A stretch of DNA of 64,000 nucleotides, taken from NCBI GenBank assembly GCA_051362555.1, contig CM120642.1:24800001-24864000 (forward strand), written 5' to 3'. Source of the stretch: Lingula anatina (Eukaryota > Animalia > Brachiopoda). Below the pieces are notes generated by a model that worked only from the letters and a program-made list of their open reading frames with translations, was not told where the DNA came from and searched no databases. Shown here in pieces: positions 1 through 11,079 of this stretch. The position numbers were made by a program, and so were the translations under genes. Numbering within the stretch: the stretch's first letter is position 1; each line of letters opens with the position of its first letter.

Positions 1-649
1 TTTCTAAGAAAGTTTCACATTTTAACTTTCCTTCTGCACTAAGAATCCGAAGAGCAACATTATGAACTACAAATCTATGCAATATAAAAAGAAAGGCAAG
101 TCATATCCTTTTCTTTGAAAACCAAAATCAATATATCATCATGTACTGCATGTATTTTAGATAAGATGACTGTCTTATACAACACTTTATAAAGGAACAG
201 TCACCGCACAGTGTGCATACAGAGTGCGGGTGAATTACATATGTGTTATTGATACTGACGGGGTGTTCTATTTTTAATTTAATGAAAAAGATTGACAAGT
301 AAGCGCATATCTTAATTAGTGACAGTATCGCAATCTCTTAATTACATCTTAATTAGTGACAACATGTTCGTTAGTGTCTCGATCACCACGCATCTGCTGC
401 ACTGTAAATTGATTTTTGTCGCATTTTTGAAATTTAACATTCAAATTCAATACATTTTATATTCTACCCACCAATTTGTACCCTTGTTTCTCCGCCACAT
501 GCAACGTAAAATATCTCTCGGCTTGGCCATTATGAGACAAGTTTTGATCCAGCTTCGTCGACAACATAAAAACGCACATATTGGTCTTGAAAATTAAGAT
601 AAAGATCTGTATTGTGCTCTGATAAACAATTTTTATGTGAGTCCCTTAC

Positions 650-786
650 CTACTGATGTCCTCTGTTTCCCTCTGTTTACTGTTGTTTTCCAAGAAGTTA
701 ACTGTGTCATGCACAACGCTCATTAAATAATCACGAATCCTTCTTCTGAACGTTCCTTCAGCGCAATGGTTGTTGCTGGAAATGAT
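650..786 (-). CDS. Putative exon of a divergently oriented gene running off the left edge (product unknown)
   Basis: On the minus strand, a pyrimidine-rich tract ending in ...gtacacgtag precedes 786 and a strong donor AG|GTAAGG follows 650. Only one of three frames is open: IISSNNHCAEGTFRRRIRDYLMSVVHDTVNFLENNSKQRETEDIS, with an ATG at 723. No family recognised. Confidence 0.35.
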
Positions 787-1388
787 CTACGTGTACAGGG
801 AATCAACAACAAAATGGCAAAGCGCAACCTTATCCATATCGTGTTCTCACGTGGCCTTCTGTCGTGCAGAATCAAATACAACACAGCCACAACGAACAGG
901 GATTTTGCAGTGTCACAAGAGAACTGTCAATAGTTCCAGATTAGTGGTAGCAGCAAATACGGGGGCTGACATTTTCTATCTCCTAGTATTCCCCAAGCCT
1001 CTTCTGACTATGCTTTGTCGTCACCGTTTATAGACCGACCATGTAAAGTTTGTCCTGGTCATTTTCTGAAAAACAGTTTAAAAAAATGTTATGGAAAAAT
1101 TCTCCTCATATGCAATTGCACAATTTGCACTATAAAACGCATCCATTTTTTGTTATATTTCACATCTTACATGTACCTCAGCAATGACAGATCCAGAGGG
1201 GGGCATAGCGGGCCCGTACCCCTTCATGCCTTTTTTTATCCAAAAACTAGTGTAACTAATGGAACTAGACAAAACCAGGTTCGCTTTTTCATCCCTGTGT
1301 CGTAGATGTAATAGAGAAATTACCCTTATCTACGTACTGCACAGTCGTGGATCCTCCAGTGCACACTTTACTTGTGAACTAATTCCTC

Positions 1389-1509
1389 ATTTTAGTAAAA
1401 CAGGCAATATCCGCACTGGAATCTTTCGCGACTTGGACTGGCGTGTATTTTAGTAAAACGGGCAATATCTGCACTTGAATCCTAAGCAATATGGACTGGC
1501 GTGTATTTT
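1389..1509. repeat. Two-copy tandem repeat, 58-bp period
   Basis: ATTTTAGTAAAAC(A/G)GGCAATATC..GCACT.GAATC...TGGACTGGCGTGT starts at 1389 and again at 1447. Confidence 0.85.
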
Positions 1510-2750
1510 CTAAGCCCAGTGTTTTTTGCGTATAGGCGAACTCTTTTAATGTATTGGAATAACTGATTAAAACAGCGTTTCTGTGGAAAACGAACACCAA
1601 CCTTGTGACCATTAGTATTGCTTCAATCGAAGCTTGTAATTGATGGAATCTCAAAATACACCGAAGCACTGTAGGCCTATTTAAATCTCACGTGATTAAG
1701 ATTTCACTGAAAAATAGATTTTTTTTTATAATTACAACTTATACTGGGCAGTCACTGTTAATATAATCAAATATCTTCGGTTTTAGCGGTGTTTGATTGA
1801 ATCTAGGCAGCGAAAAAAATCCGGATAATATTTCAATAGTCCTTGGAGATACCATGATCTCTTCTGATTTATATTAGTGTCGGCTGAAACTCCGAGGAGA
1901 ATCTTGGCGATGGAAAGGGGGCGATGGCCGAGGAGGAATCCAGGTCAACTTTACTATGCAACTGGGAGACTTTTGTCTACATTTCTAGCTGGACAGATGT
2001 ACAGAAATGTGCACAGAATAAGCAGGAGAAAATTTGAATATAAAGTGAAAAAATATGTGGCTTAAGTAGTAGAGGGTACATGTAGGTCAATTCGATGTAC
2101 TTTTTAAACAGGGGAAGGTTCAGTTTTTGCTCTACTGTGGTTAACATATTGGTATATAGGCCTACATTTTAAAATTTTGTTTTAATGGTGCAAAACCAAA
2201 ATGGTACACGTTACTTGTTTTTAATGTTGATCTTCTATGTGCTTTTTAAATTCAGTTTTCCATGACTGTGAATTAACATAACTGATATCTCAAATGGCAC
2301 GAGAGTTCGAATGTGGCATACTTCTCTTTTTTACTCTTGGGGTAAATGGCATGTATCTGCATGTGTACCAGTAAAGGTACATTATTGACTGTGTTATTCA
2401 CTATAGTAACATATTAAAAAAAAAAGAGTTAAGCCGACAAACCATCTAATATAATAACAGATGAAATAAAAATCAATCCCCTTCAAGACTTACTGCGACT
2501 ACCGGGCATATATAGTGCACATGTATATTGAGCAATTTTTGGCACAGGAAAAGAGATCCATAATCGTTTCTAAAGCATATTTTGCAAATTGGGTTATCCG
2601 GTATATAATGCAACCATGTACCTCAAAGAAAAGTCCCTGTGTGATTATCAATGCTCAACTAATAGATTAAGTGCAGTGCATGCTTCCAGCAATTGGTTGT
2701 TTATAAATCATTGTTTAACCGACAAACATAACCAGGAGTACGTTTCCCCT

Positions 2751-2782
<32 letters not shown>

Positions 2783-3702
2783 GCTCCGTCTTGCCACTTT
2801 TTCGATGACTGTCGAAGGTTTCACATAAAACGTTATATAATCGTCATACTGCATGCGAACCACATATATCTACATGTGGATATATTATATGATCAATGCT
2901 ATTTTACACCATTCGCACCTTTTTGCACGATTAAGTGCCAAACTGCCCGTCCTTATTGGAAGGAAATTGTTAATTTGAACCTAGAATTCCGAAACGGAAA
3001 ACAGTTAAATGGCCATTCAGAACTTAATGTGCCCTATAGTGCTGAGATGTCCAAAGATTCTCAGTGACAAGCTGAAAGAACTTGACGTCTTTTTCTTATT
3101 AATTTGAAACTCAATGTGAAATGTGCGCGTCATAACGAAATGTTGTTTCCCTTCCAATAACATAAACTACCGCCAATATCTTCGCTGGTATGTATCTGAC
3201 ATACGCTTTATGTCCCCATCGATTTTTCCCTCCGCACCAAAGCACCTACAAGTGGTAAAATATTATTCAATATTACTTGCTCAACACCCCAATGACTGCC
3301 ATTTCCTGTAATCTCTAGGAAAATTCAATAAGCAGAGACTAGTCAATAATTATTTCCTTTATAGGCAGGTTGTATCTATGTTCTGTTGTCTAATAACAAT
3401 GGGATCGATGGTGTAACTGATTACAAAATTACCATCAAAAGTATGCTGCTTTTACTTATTATAAATTGATTTGAGACTTCAGTCACTTCAGAGCACGAAT
3501 ATCTATGCGTTTTTTTCCCTCAGTTTTGTGTGCATTTGTGAATAATTTTTTTACCCTCCCCCCAACTTCCACAGACCACAAACTATCCTTTTTTAAAACT
3601 GATTTCATTCATTTTTTAAAACTGATTTCATTCACAGTATACATTCAAACTGAATTTCACATTGAGTTGGGAGAAACGTTTCTCGCGCACAACCAAGCTT
3701 AA

Positions 3703-4317
3703 AGCAATAATAACTCTTCCTTTGAGATTCAAAAATCCGCATGAAATACATTGTAAAAAACGCATGGAAATATATTCTATTGTATTTTACCACTAAAACG
3801 GCCGTTATTGTAGGAAAACTAAAATCTGTGCTTGTCAATAGGGCTTACGATGCCTTTTTTCCGGTCGACAAGTGCATTCGTTGCTAATGACGTAATGGTG
3901 TCACGCGGATTCTCGCGTTCATTCGAGACCAAAATAACATTAGTGCAGACGCAGACGTAAGTTGCGAGTTTTTGTACAGTGCGTCGGATAACGAAAAGCC
4001 CAGAATGGCACACATTGCGGATATAAATGCATTTTTAACAAAAAGACGAATATATCTCATGAATCTTATATAGTGTTGTTGTTGTCTGCTTTTCCCGCGG
4101 TTTTAAGTAGGTCACCAGTGACTTTGCAATGTCAGAGAGAGCTCCGTCAGTTAAAATCTCTTAAGAGATTTTAACAAAAAACCGTACGTTTAGGAAAAAA
4201 ACCCTGGATTAACTTTGAATGCAGGAATGGGGTCGTTGGCCATTGGTAAGTACGGGAAAATTGCCGTTTTTTCCAGGAAAATCCAATTTTTGGCCAAAAC
4301 GAAGAGTTATTATGACT
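3703..4317. mobile_element. Non-autonomous TIR DNA transposon (MITE) with TTAA target duplication, Kolobok-like; copy 1 (615 bp)
   Basis: TTAA|AGCAATAATAACTCTTC ... GAAGAGTTATTATGACT|TTAA gives 17-bp TIRs with 2 mismatches, and TTAA at 3699-3702 and 4318-4321. AG...CT termini with a TTAA TSD fit Kolobok better than piggyBac (CC...GG). A near-identical copy lies at 5572-6098. Confidence 0.85.
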
Positions 4318-4667
4318 TTAAATGTTATACACGGTTATTTTCACTCTTACGATACTGATTTCTTTCATTTTTTTTGCACACAAAATGACAATTATCTTTA
4401 CATATCCCTATGAAGGAACTTTCTTCTCCCAACAAACCAGTGCCTTGGCACGTGTTTAGCCCCGTGCTTGCCTCCCAGGAGAACCGGATCGATCAGATGT
4501 TCTCTGTGAAATGATCTGCATTCTACCATATTAGAAGGGCACACGGCCATGTACGTACGTATGTTAATGCTGTTATATACAGTCGTTGACTATGTACTCA
4601 GTGCCATCGACCTACAAGGGCATATGCATGTAGTTAGAGTGCGCTTATCGTTTCCGTGTGCCCAATT

Positions 4668-4677
4668 TGTGTGTGTA

Positions 4678-4716
<39 letters not shown>

Positions 4717-4738
4717 AAAGGAGAGAAAGAGAGAGAGA
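4668..4738. repeat. Compound (GT)n(GA)n microsatellite
   Basis: Directly visible dinucleotide runs. Confidence 0.95.
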
Positions 4739-5571
4739 CTTATGTCGTTTCTAGAGTTGAATACTTTTGAATTACCATAATAATTAACTGAGATCTTCAA
4801 AACCATGGCAATGTTACGAAAATTAATCACGATAGAATCTCAAATTCATCGATCAAGCATAAAGTCTGGACCTAAAAGAACCTCCAGTGCGAATTGCTCG
4901 TTGGCAAAAAGTCGGAAGAAAAAGCTGCGCCACAGGTGAAATATATATCCGTCGACGTCTCCGAACAATATCATACTGCAACAAACAATCCAAATCTATA
5001 CTACAGAACCTCAAGTTAATGATCCAATTTTATACCTTGTATAACGTAGCTGATTGTGTGGTTTTGCGGCCAAAATCCTATGCTTTAGATAAGATTAGGA
5101 ACGTCACGGCGTTGGGATGTTTTGAAAACAAGTCCATTTGTGGTTTAATTTTGGTATAACTTAATTACGTCTTGATGTTACGTAAATTTTAAAACTAACA
5201 ACAGTCACCAGGGCTATATTTTTCAATGATTTATATATTACAACAACGTACATCCCTACAGCTACTCCTCTTCTCTATGATATTCAAAATTGCTGGATTC
5301 ATGTGAGTTTTAAGGTTAGATCTCGACAGATTCACAGTCAAAACCCTTCACCAACCGTCCAAGTCGGATAATATAAGACCAAAAACTTTGCAACCCTAGT
5401 CGAAGGCGGTTCTCTCAGAGAAAACGACATGTAGATAAACAGACCCTACTGGCCTGCAGACATGTCAATTTTTCAGTGATTATGAAGAGTTATCTGGTCA
5501 CGAGTTTTAGTCGTGAATTCGTCTTCCTTAGAAATGATCCGAGTGCATTTCACAATGATTGAAGTACTTAA

Positions 5572-6098
5572 AGCAATAATAACTCTTCCTTTGAGATTCA
5601 AAAATCCGCATGAAATACATTGTAAAAAACGCATGGAAATATATTCTATTGTATTTTACCACTAAAACGGCCGTTATTGTAGGAAAACTAAAATCTGTGC
5701 TTGTCAATAGGGCTTACGATGCCTTTTTTCCGGTCGACAAGTGCATTCGTTTTTGTACAGTGCGTCGGATAACGAAAAGCCCAGAATGGCACACATTGCG
5801 GATATAAATGCATTTTTAACAAAAAGACGAATATATCTCATGAATCTTATATAGTGTTGTTGTTGTCTGCTTTTCCCGCGGTTTTAAGTAGGTCACCAGT
5901 GACTTTGCAATGTCAGAGAGAGCTCCGTCAGTTAAAATCTCTTAAGAGATTTTAACAAAAAACCGTACGTTTAGGAAAAAAAACCTGGATTAACTTTGAA
6001 TGCAGGAATGGGGTCGTTGGCCATTGGTAAGTACGGGAAAATTGCCGTTTTTTCCAGGAAAATCCAATTTTTGGCCAAAACGAAGAGTTATTATGACT
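5572..6098. mobile_element. Kolobok-like TTAA MITE, copy 2 (527 bp, 88-bp internal deletion)
   Basis: Same TIRs, with TTAA at 5568-5571 and 6099-6102. By eye it matches copy 1 except for loss of copy-1 bases 3883-3970 and one substitution. The flanks are unrelated, so these are two independent insertions. Confidence 0.85.
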
Positions 6099-7027
6099 TT
6101 AAGATGAAAATCCATTTATTAAGCCCAAAGACAACAGAATACGTTCTCGTCTGGCCGCCATTAGCGTTATGCTATATAATGATTTGCAAAGTGTGTCGCT
6201 TTTTCAACAAACCGATCTTTAGGCCAAGCGCACGTTCTTTTTTTTTTTTTCACTGAAGACTTTTTCGTGTAGCAGTTTAGCAGACTAAATGGGCCCTAAT
6301 AGGCAAAAGCACGTTTGAGACGTCAACTCTCTAGACTTGACTTTAACTTTTACCTACCTCTAAGTTTAGCGCTGGGCAATGTCTACAGTTCAGTCTTCGC
6401 CCACAATGCCGTTCTAAGTGACCCGTTACGTCTGAGCTCATAGATGTAGATAACCTAGGCGAAGACAGTGGTAACAGGAGCGTGGGCACACTTGGACTGG
6501 CATTAAGTGCGCTCTTGACATGTGTCACTCGCTATCAAATGCAATTTATTCCTGAATTTTGAGAAAAATTAAAAGTTTTGCATTTATCTTTATCGCACCA
6601 GGTTTCAGTCTATGTATAATCTCTAAAATGTTCTGTATATTCTTTATCTGGATTTTTTATTTGTTCCTTCATAGAAAGATTTCGCAAAACAGCATACACA
6701 ACGGTACCAAATTTACATAAAATGATATTTAAAAATTTATAAATAAATAAAAATCACTCACCAATTTCTTTTCCTCGACAGGTCCAAACAATTCATTAAC
6801 GTGGCCAGTCTCGTGGAAGTTTTCCCTCCAAGCATCGGTGCGCTTTCTGTGTCTTATCTAAACACTGTGATGTCTAAGTACTAGTTGACTCTTATCATGT
6901 CAGGAGGACAACTCATTAGATAAGACACATCCTCTTGATCATGTGTATAATACATGATGTATTTTCATAACTTGAGCAGGCTGTACTGTTCTTACTAGTT
7001 TTAATAAACGTGGTGTTAGATCTTATT

Positions 7028-7119
7028 CAGGCCCGTAGCCGGGGGGGGGGGGGGGGGGGGTTTCGAAAGAACCCCCCTTTTTGCTGGAAAAAGGTCCACT
7101 CTGGGTAAAATTTGGCCTG
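7028..7119. mobile_element. Internally deleted copy of a CAGGC-ended MITE with 5-bp TSD
   Basis: TTATT|CAGGCCCGTAGCCGGG...GAAAGAACCCCCC...AAAAGGTCCACTCTGGGTAAAATTTGGCCTG|TTATT. Shares internal sequence with 50696-50864. Confidence 0.75.
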
Positions 7120-7819
7120 TTATTTCAGGCGGCAGGCACGTATATTAATATTCTAGCCCCCTCCCGTGTTTTATTTTCCATACAACTGATTCCATCACCC
7201 TGTGTTTCAGTGGTTATTGAACTATCGTCTCTATTATTATCATGTCTCTGTCGCTTCAAGTATATCCTGTGACCCATAAAACTCAGGGTGAATTCCCATC
7301 TACCCGCTTACTGTACGGAGAACCAAAATCTAGTGTGCGGAAATCGTTCCCTGTGATAGCATCTCTGCCCCACCTCCTTTAGCTCCCTCGTGAAAATCTC
7401 CTCCCCCTCCTCGTTTATACCCCTTTTCTTCTCTAAATATCGAAAATAAAAATACCCCCGCCTAAGCGTGCCAAATAACTGTGAAGTGGAACCCCAGTCA
7501 TCCCATAAGCTCATAAACGTTGATTTAGTAGTAGAAAATAAATTTCTGGTGGATTGTTTGAGAAAAACAATTTACTTGTGAAAAAAAAACATCAAACTGC
7601 AGAGGATACTATAAGTCACCACAAATACCCGCTGTATATACTATAAACCTGGACAGAAATAATGTAAAACTTTTGGAAAAAAATATCACCAATAACAAAG
7701 ACATCAGCCCCATGTTTATCTTTCCATTTTGCTCCCGGTTGTGATTATCGTTGCCCATTGTAGTAGATGAGACAAAAAGCGCATTACATTGAAGCGGCTC
7801 CCAGTCTAAGCACGTGATG

Positions 7820-7924
7820 CAGTCGAGTTGAAAAAGGCAACAGGAGAAAAACCTCTCTGAAAATGACATTAGAAGAACTAAACGACAATGTGCTGTTGAC
7901 GATTTTTATTTCCTTTAATCCTGG
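7820..7924 (+). other. Putative first (non-coding) exon and promoter-proximal region of the plus-strand transcription unit; start approximate
   Basis: Donor-like TGG|GTCAGT after 7924. It sits where CpG-containing sequence gives way to CpG-poor sequence, and two more exon-like segments follow. Confidence 0.35.
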
Positions 7925-8083
7925 GTCAGTATATTGTTGTCAATAAAGTGAAGTTGAAACATTAACCTAACTTTCATTCTACATTTTGTACACTTGCCGC
8001 TTCAAAAATGAAATTTACAAAACTTTGTCAGTAGTGAAAAATGAATACTCAGTTGATTACTGATGTTTTCCCCCTTTTCTTAG

Positions 8084-8184
8084 GCGTGGCCTCAAACATC
8101 ATGTACATATTGATTTATTTTAGAAAAGGGTTTTCCGACGATTCAGTGTAAAATGTCATTTTAATTTATTTTAAATTAATAAAG
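8084..8184 (+). other. Putative 5' UTR exon
   Basis: Acceptor ttttcccccttttcttag| before 8084 and consensus donor AAG|GTGAGT after 8184. Confidence 0.5.
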
Positions 8185-8598
8185 GTGAGTATAATTGTGT
8201 TATAATTAAATGTAGTCAGAGATGTTGTGAATTAGTTTAGACAAGCAGCACTCTTTAGCATATTTTCTTTTATTAAGGTCTGAATTCTTATCAGTCACAG
8301 ACTTTTCCCAAGATGGTTATGAAATTGCCTGTTTTCTTTTTAATCTTGAAGAGTAACTGTTACAGAAATGAAGGGAAATCAAATGGGATAATGTGCACTA
8401 TTAAACACAAGTAAAATATATATTCTGTATTATTATAATATGGATTTTTTCAATGAACATGTAGTAAATAAGAATAAAAATTGAAAGTTTACAATTTTAT
8501 CAAACTTGTTTATTTATTTTAGAAAAACATTTTGTTTGATATAATTATTTTGAGATACAGTGACAAAAATGACACAATAGTCATTGTTTGTTTTGCAG

Positions 8599-8716
8599 AT
8601 TGGTAGTTGGTGATGAGAGAGATAGAAATCGGTTGATTACTGGGCCAGACCTTACAGCTGTTATTAAGATAGCTTTGCTTTTCCTTTGCCTTTCAGCACT
8701 GTAAAGACTTAGACAG
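8599..8716 (+). other. Putative 5' UTR exon
   Basis: Acceptor ttgtttgttttgcag| before 8599 and donor CAG|GTAAGG after 8716. Confidence 0.55.
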
Positions 8717-11079
8717 GTAAGGACAATTTTTTCCAAGTAGTATCTGATAAATGTCACACCACTTATGTCTGTTTCTATTATTTGTAGGATAATATAAATT
8801 AATAGCAGCTGTGCTTATTTTTGTCATATCTTATCAATTTCTTCTTTTTTTCACTTTTTCAACCGTTTGTCAAACTTGTAACAAAAATATAAGAATTAAT
8901 AACAAATAAAATGCAATTTTCTAATTAAAGTATGAAACAGCATGATAAACCAAAGTTTTTGTTCAACTGAGAAACTAATAACTTCACTGTCTTTGTAATT
9001 GTATACAGAGGCAAAAAGAAAAAAATGGTCAAAACTAGCTGATTGGGATGACATTTTGTCTATAAATTGCACTAATTGCATATATGAATCAATTAGTTAT
9101 CAAACCATTCTATTTCCATACTTGTACTAATCCATGTACATGATGGGGAGCTTTTTTTTCTTTTTTGTAAAACTGTCCTGTATTTACAGCCAAATTAATC
9201 CACCCTGAGTGCCACAGACCACTGGAAACTCTTGGAATACAATGTATCAGCTCACCTGTAGTATTTCCAGTAGCTGACAGAAGTACTGAGTATAGAGGGT
9301 GCATGTTAAGAGTAAAGGTAAGGCACTGTAAGCTCAGAGTGAAATTGGCTGACATTTCTGTGGAATGAAATTCAACCTCAACCAAAGCAGTAAATTGCCA
9401 TGAAATACCAACTGGAAATTCTATCTCTAGATTGTTTGTAGAGAAACTTTGGCAACGGAATATTTGGGTAAATAACATCAGCAGACAGGTGCAGCTTGGC
9501 CTAGCCTATAGAGAGAAGAGTATTTGCTGCTGTAGGTGGCTGTTTCTATCAGAGTTATGTTTATAAATAGTACTGTAGATTGTCTTGATAGTTAGGCCTG
9601 AGAGCATGTCACATGTATCGGACCATCTGTACGTCTGGGTATTTATCTGTATATATACACGTACATGTAGCCAAATGATGCAGTGTCAGCATAAATGAAA
9701 TTCAATAGTGCAGAATCATATGTGACACCTTGAAACAAGCTGTGCACATTATGCTGTTGGACATGGATGATAATAACAGCAGAAGAAGGGAGTGTTACAG
9801 TAACAAGCTGTTGAGAGACATTATCAGGAATATACAGTGAAAGACAAAGAAATTAATGTCATGAGAAAGTGAGCTGAGTTGTTAAAGATTGGGAAAGATA
9901 TTCCGTCGAAGGAAAATGGGACGAAAAGTTTTTTGTTTCCTGTAGAAAATCACTGTTTTCATTACGATTACATCTTACTTACCTGAGCTGCTGACGTAAT
10001 ACAGGTAAAAAATAGATGCAAGGAATACCATATCTATTTTTTCCTGGGAGAGGCAGGATTTGAGTTAGGAAAACTGTTTTGTATTGAAAACGTATGCCTC
10101 AGTGACGAGTAATGGCATAGTAAACATTAATATCCCAGAAGAGGAAGGTTGCAGGTTATTTCAGCAACAGATGTAGAAAATACCAAGGACTATAAATTTT
10201 GTAGAAATTGCCAGAAAACAGAATTCCTCAAGATATACATGGTGGGTGCAACAGCAGATAATGGAGGAATGTGTAGGATTTTCATTCTTGGAGAAAAACT
10301 AACGTACATGACATACCATATACTATATGGAACTCTGCTGTGAAAAAATTTCCTCCACATAGAGAAGATAGAAGTACAGGAATAGTGGGAGAAAATGTTC
10401 ATTTGGAGTGACATTGTAGAAGTCACTGTGCCTGAAGAAATTTGTCTCTGATTCAAGCTGCCATTAATTACTTCACTGATATCCTGTCTTGTTTAATTGG
10501 AACTCGTTCACCTGGGACCTTGCTCCCATATGGACATCATCTCCATGGGCCATCTGCTGGTCACTGCTTAATGGCCTCTTGATGACGAAGCCAATTAATT
10601 AAGACAATTTAGAAGAAGTTGTGACAAAAAAGGAGGCAGTTTAGTGCTAGTAAGCTCTGGGGTGTACCTCTGTTCATTGATGCAGTCAGGTAGAAAGATG
10701 ACAGTTAATTGTTGAAAAGTGAAAGATTAAAGGATACAAATTTGACTGTTGTAACCCATAGTGAACCAGGAGAGAAGAACTGACATATTCTACTCAAATT
10801 GTCTGCAATACAATAAGAGTTTACCAACAGAATATTTTGAAGTAATGTGACAAAATTTGTCTCCTTGTTGGATATAAGAAAACACATTGCATTGCTGGTG
10901 TGCACATGAGCATTTACCTACCTGCACATGTACTAGTAGGTATGTATACCAAGTACAATATATGTACCACAGGATTCTTTTGACATACAAAACTCATTTG
11001 GGAATTCAGGCATTGTGAGGTGCTCTGAGATATTTTAAATTGTAGGAAGAGGATTTGACATTCAGTTACAATTGACAAC

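Noticed and set aside
4219-6256. Similar short ORFs at 4219-4413, 5610-5807 and 5996-6256 that look like a gene duplication
   Set aside because: They come from the two copies of the non-coding TTAA MITE and show no transposase motifs.
319-10990. Many short ORFs (60-122 aa) in the ORF track, here and throughout the introns
   Set aside because: Many start at non-ATG codons, none show recognisable domains, and several run through microsatellites or MITEs. This is the expected background in AT-rich eukaryotic DNA.
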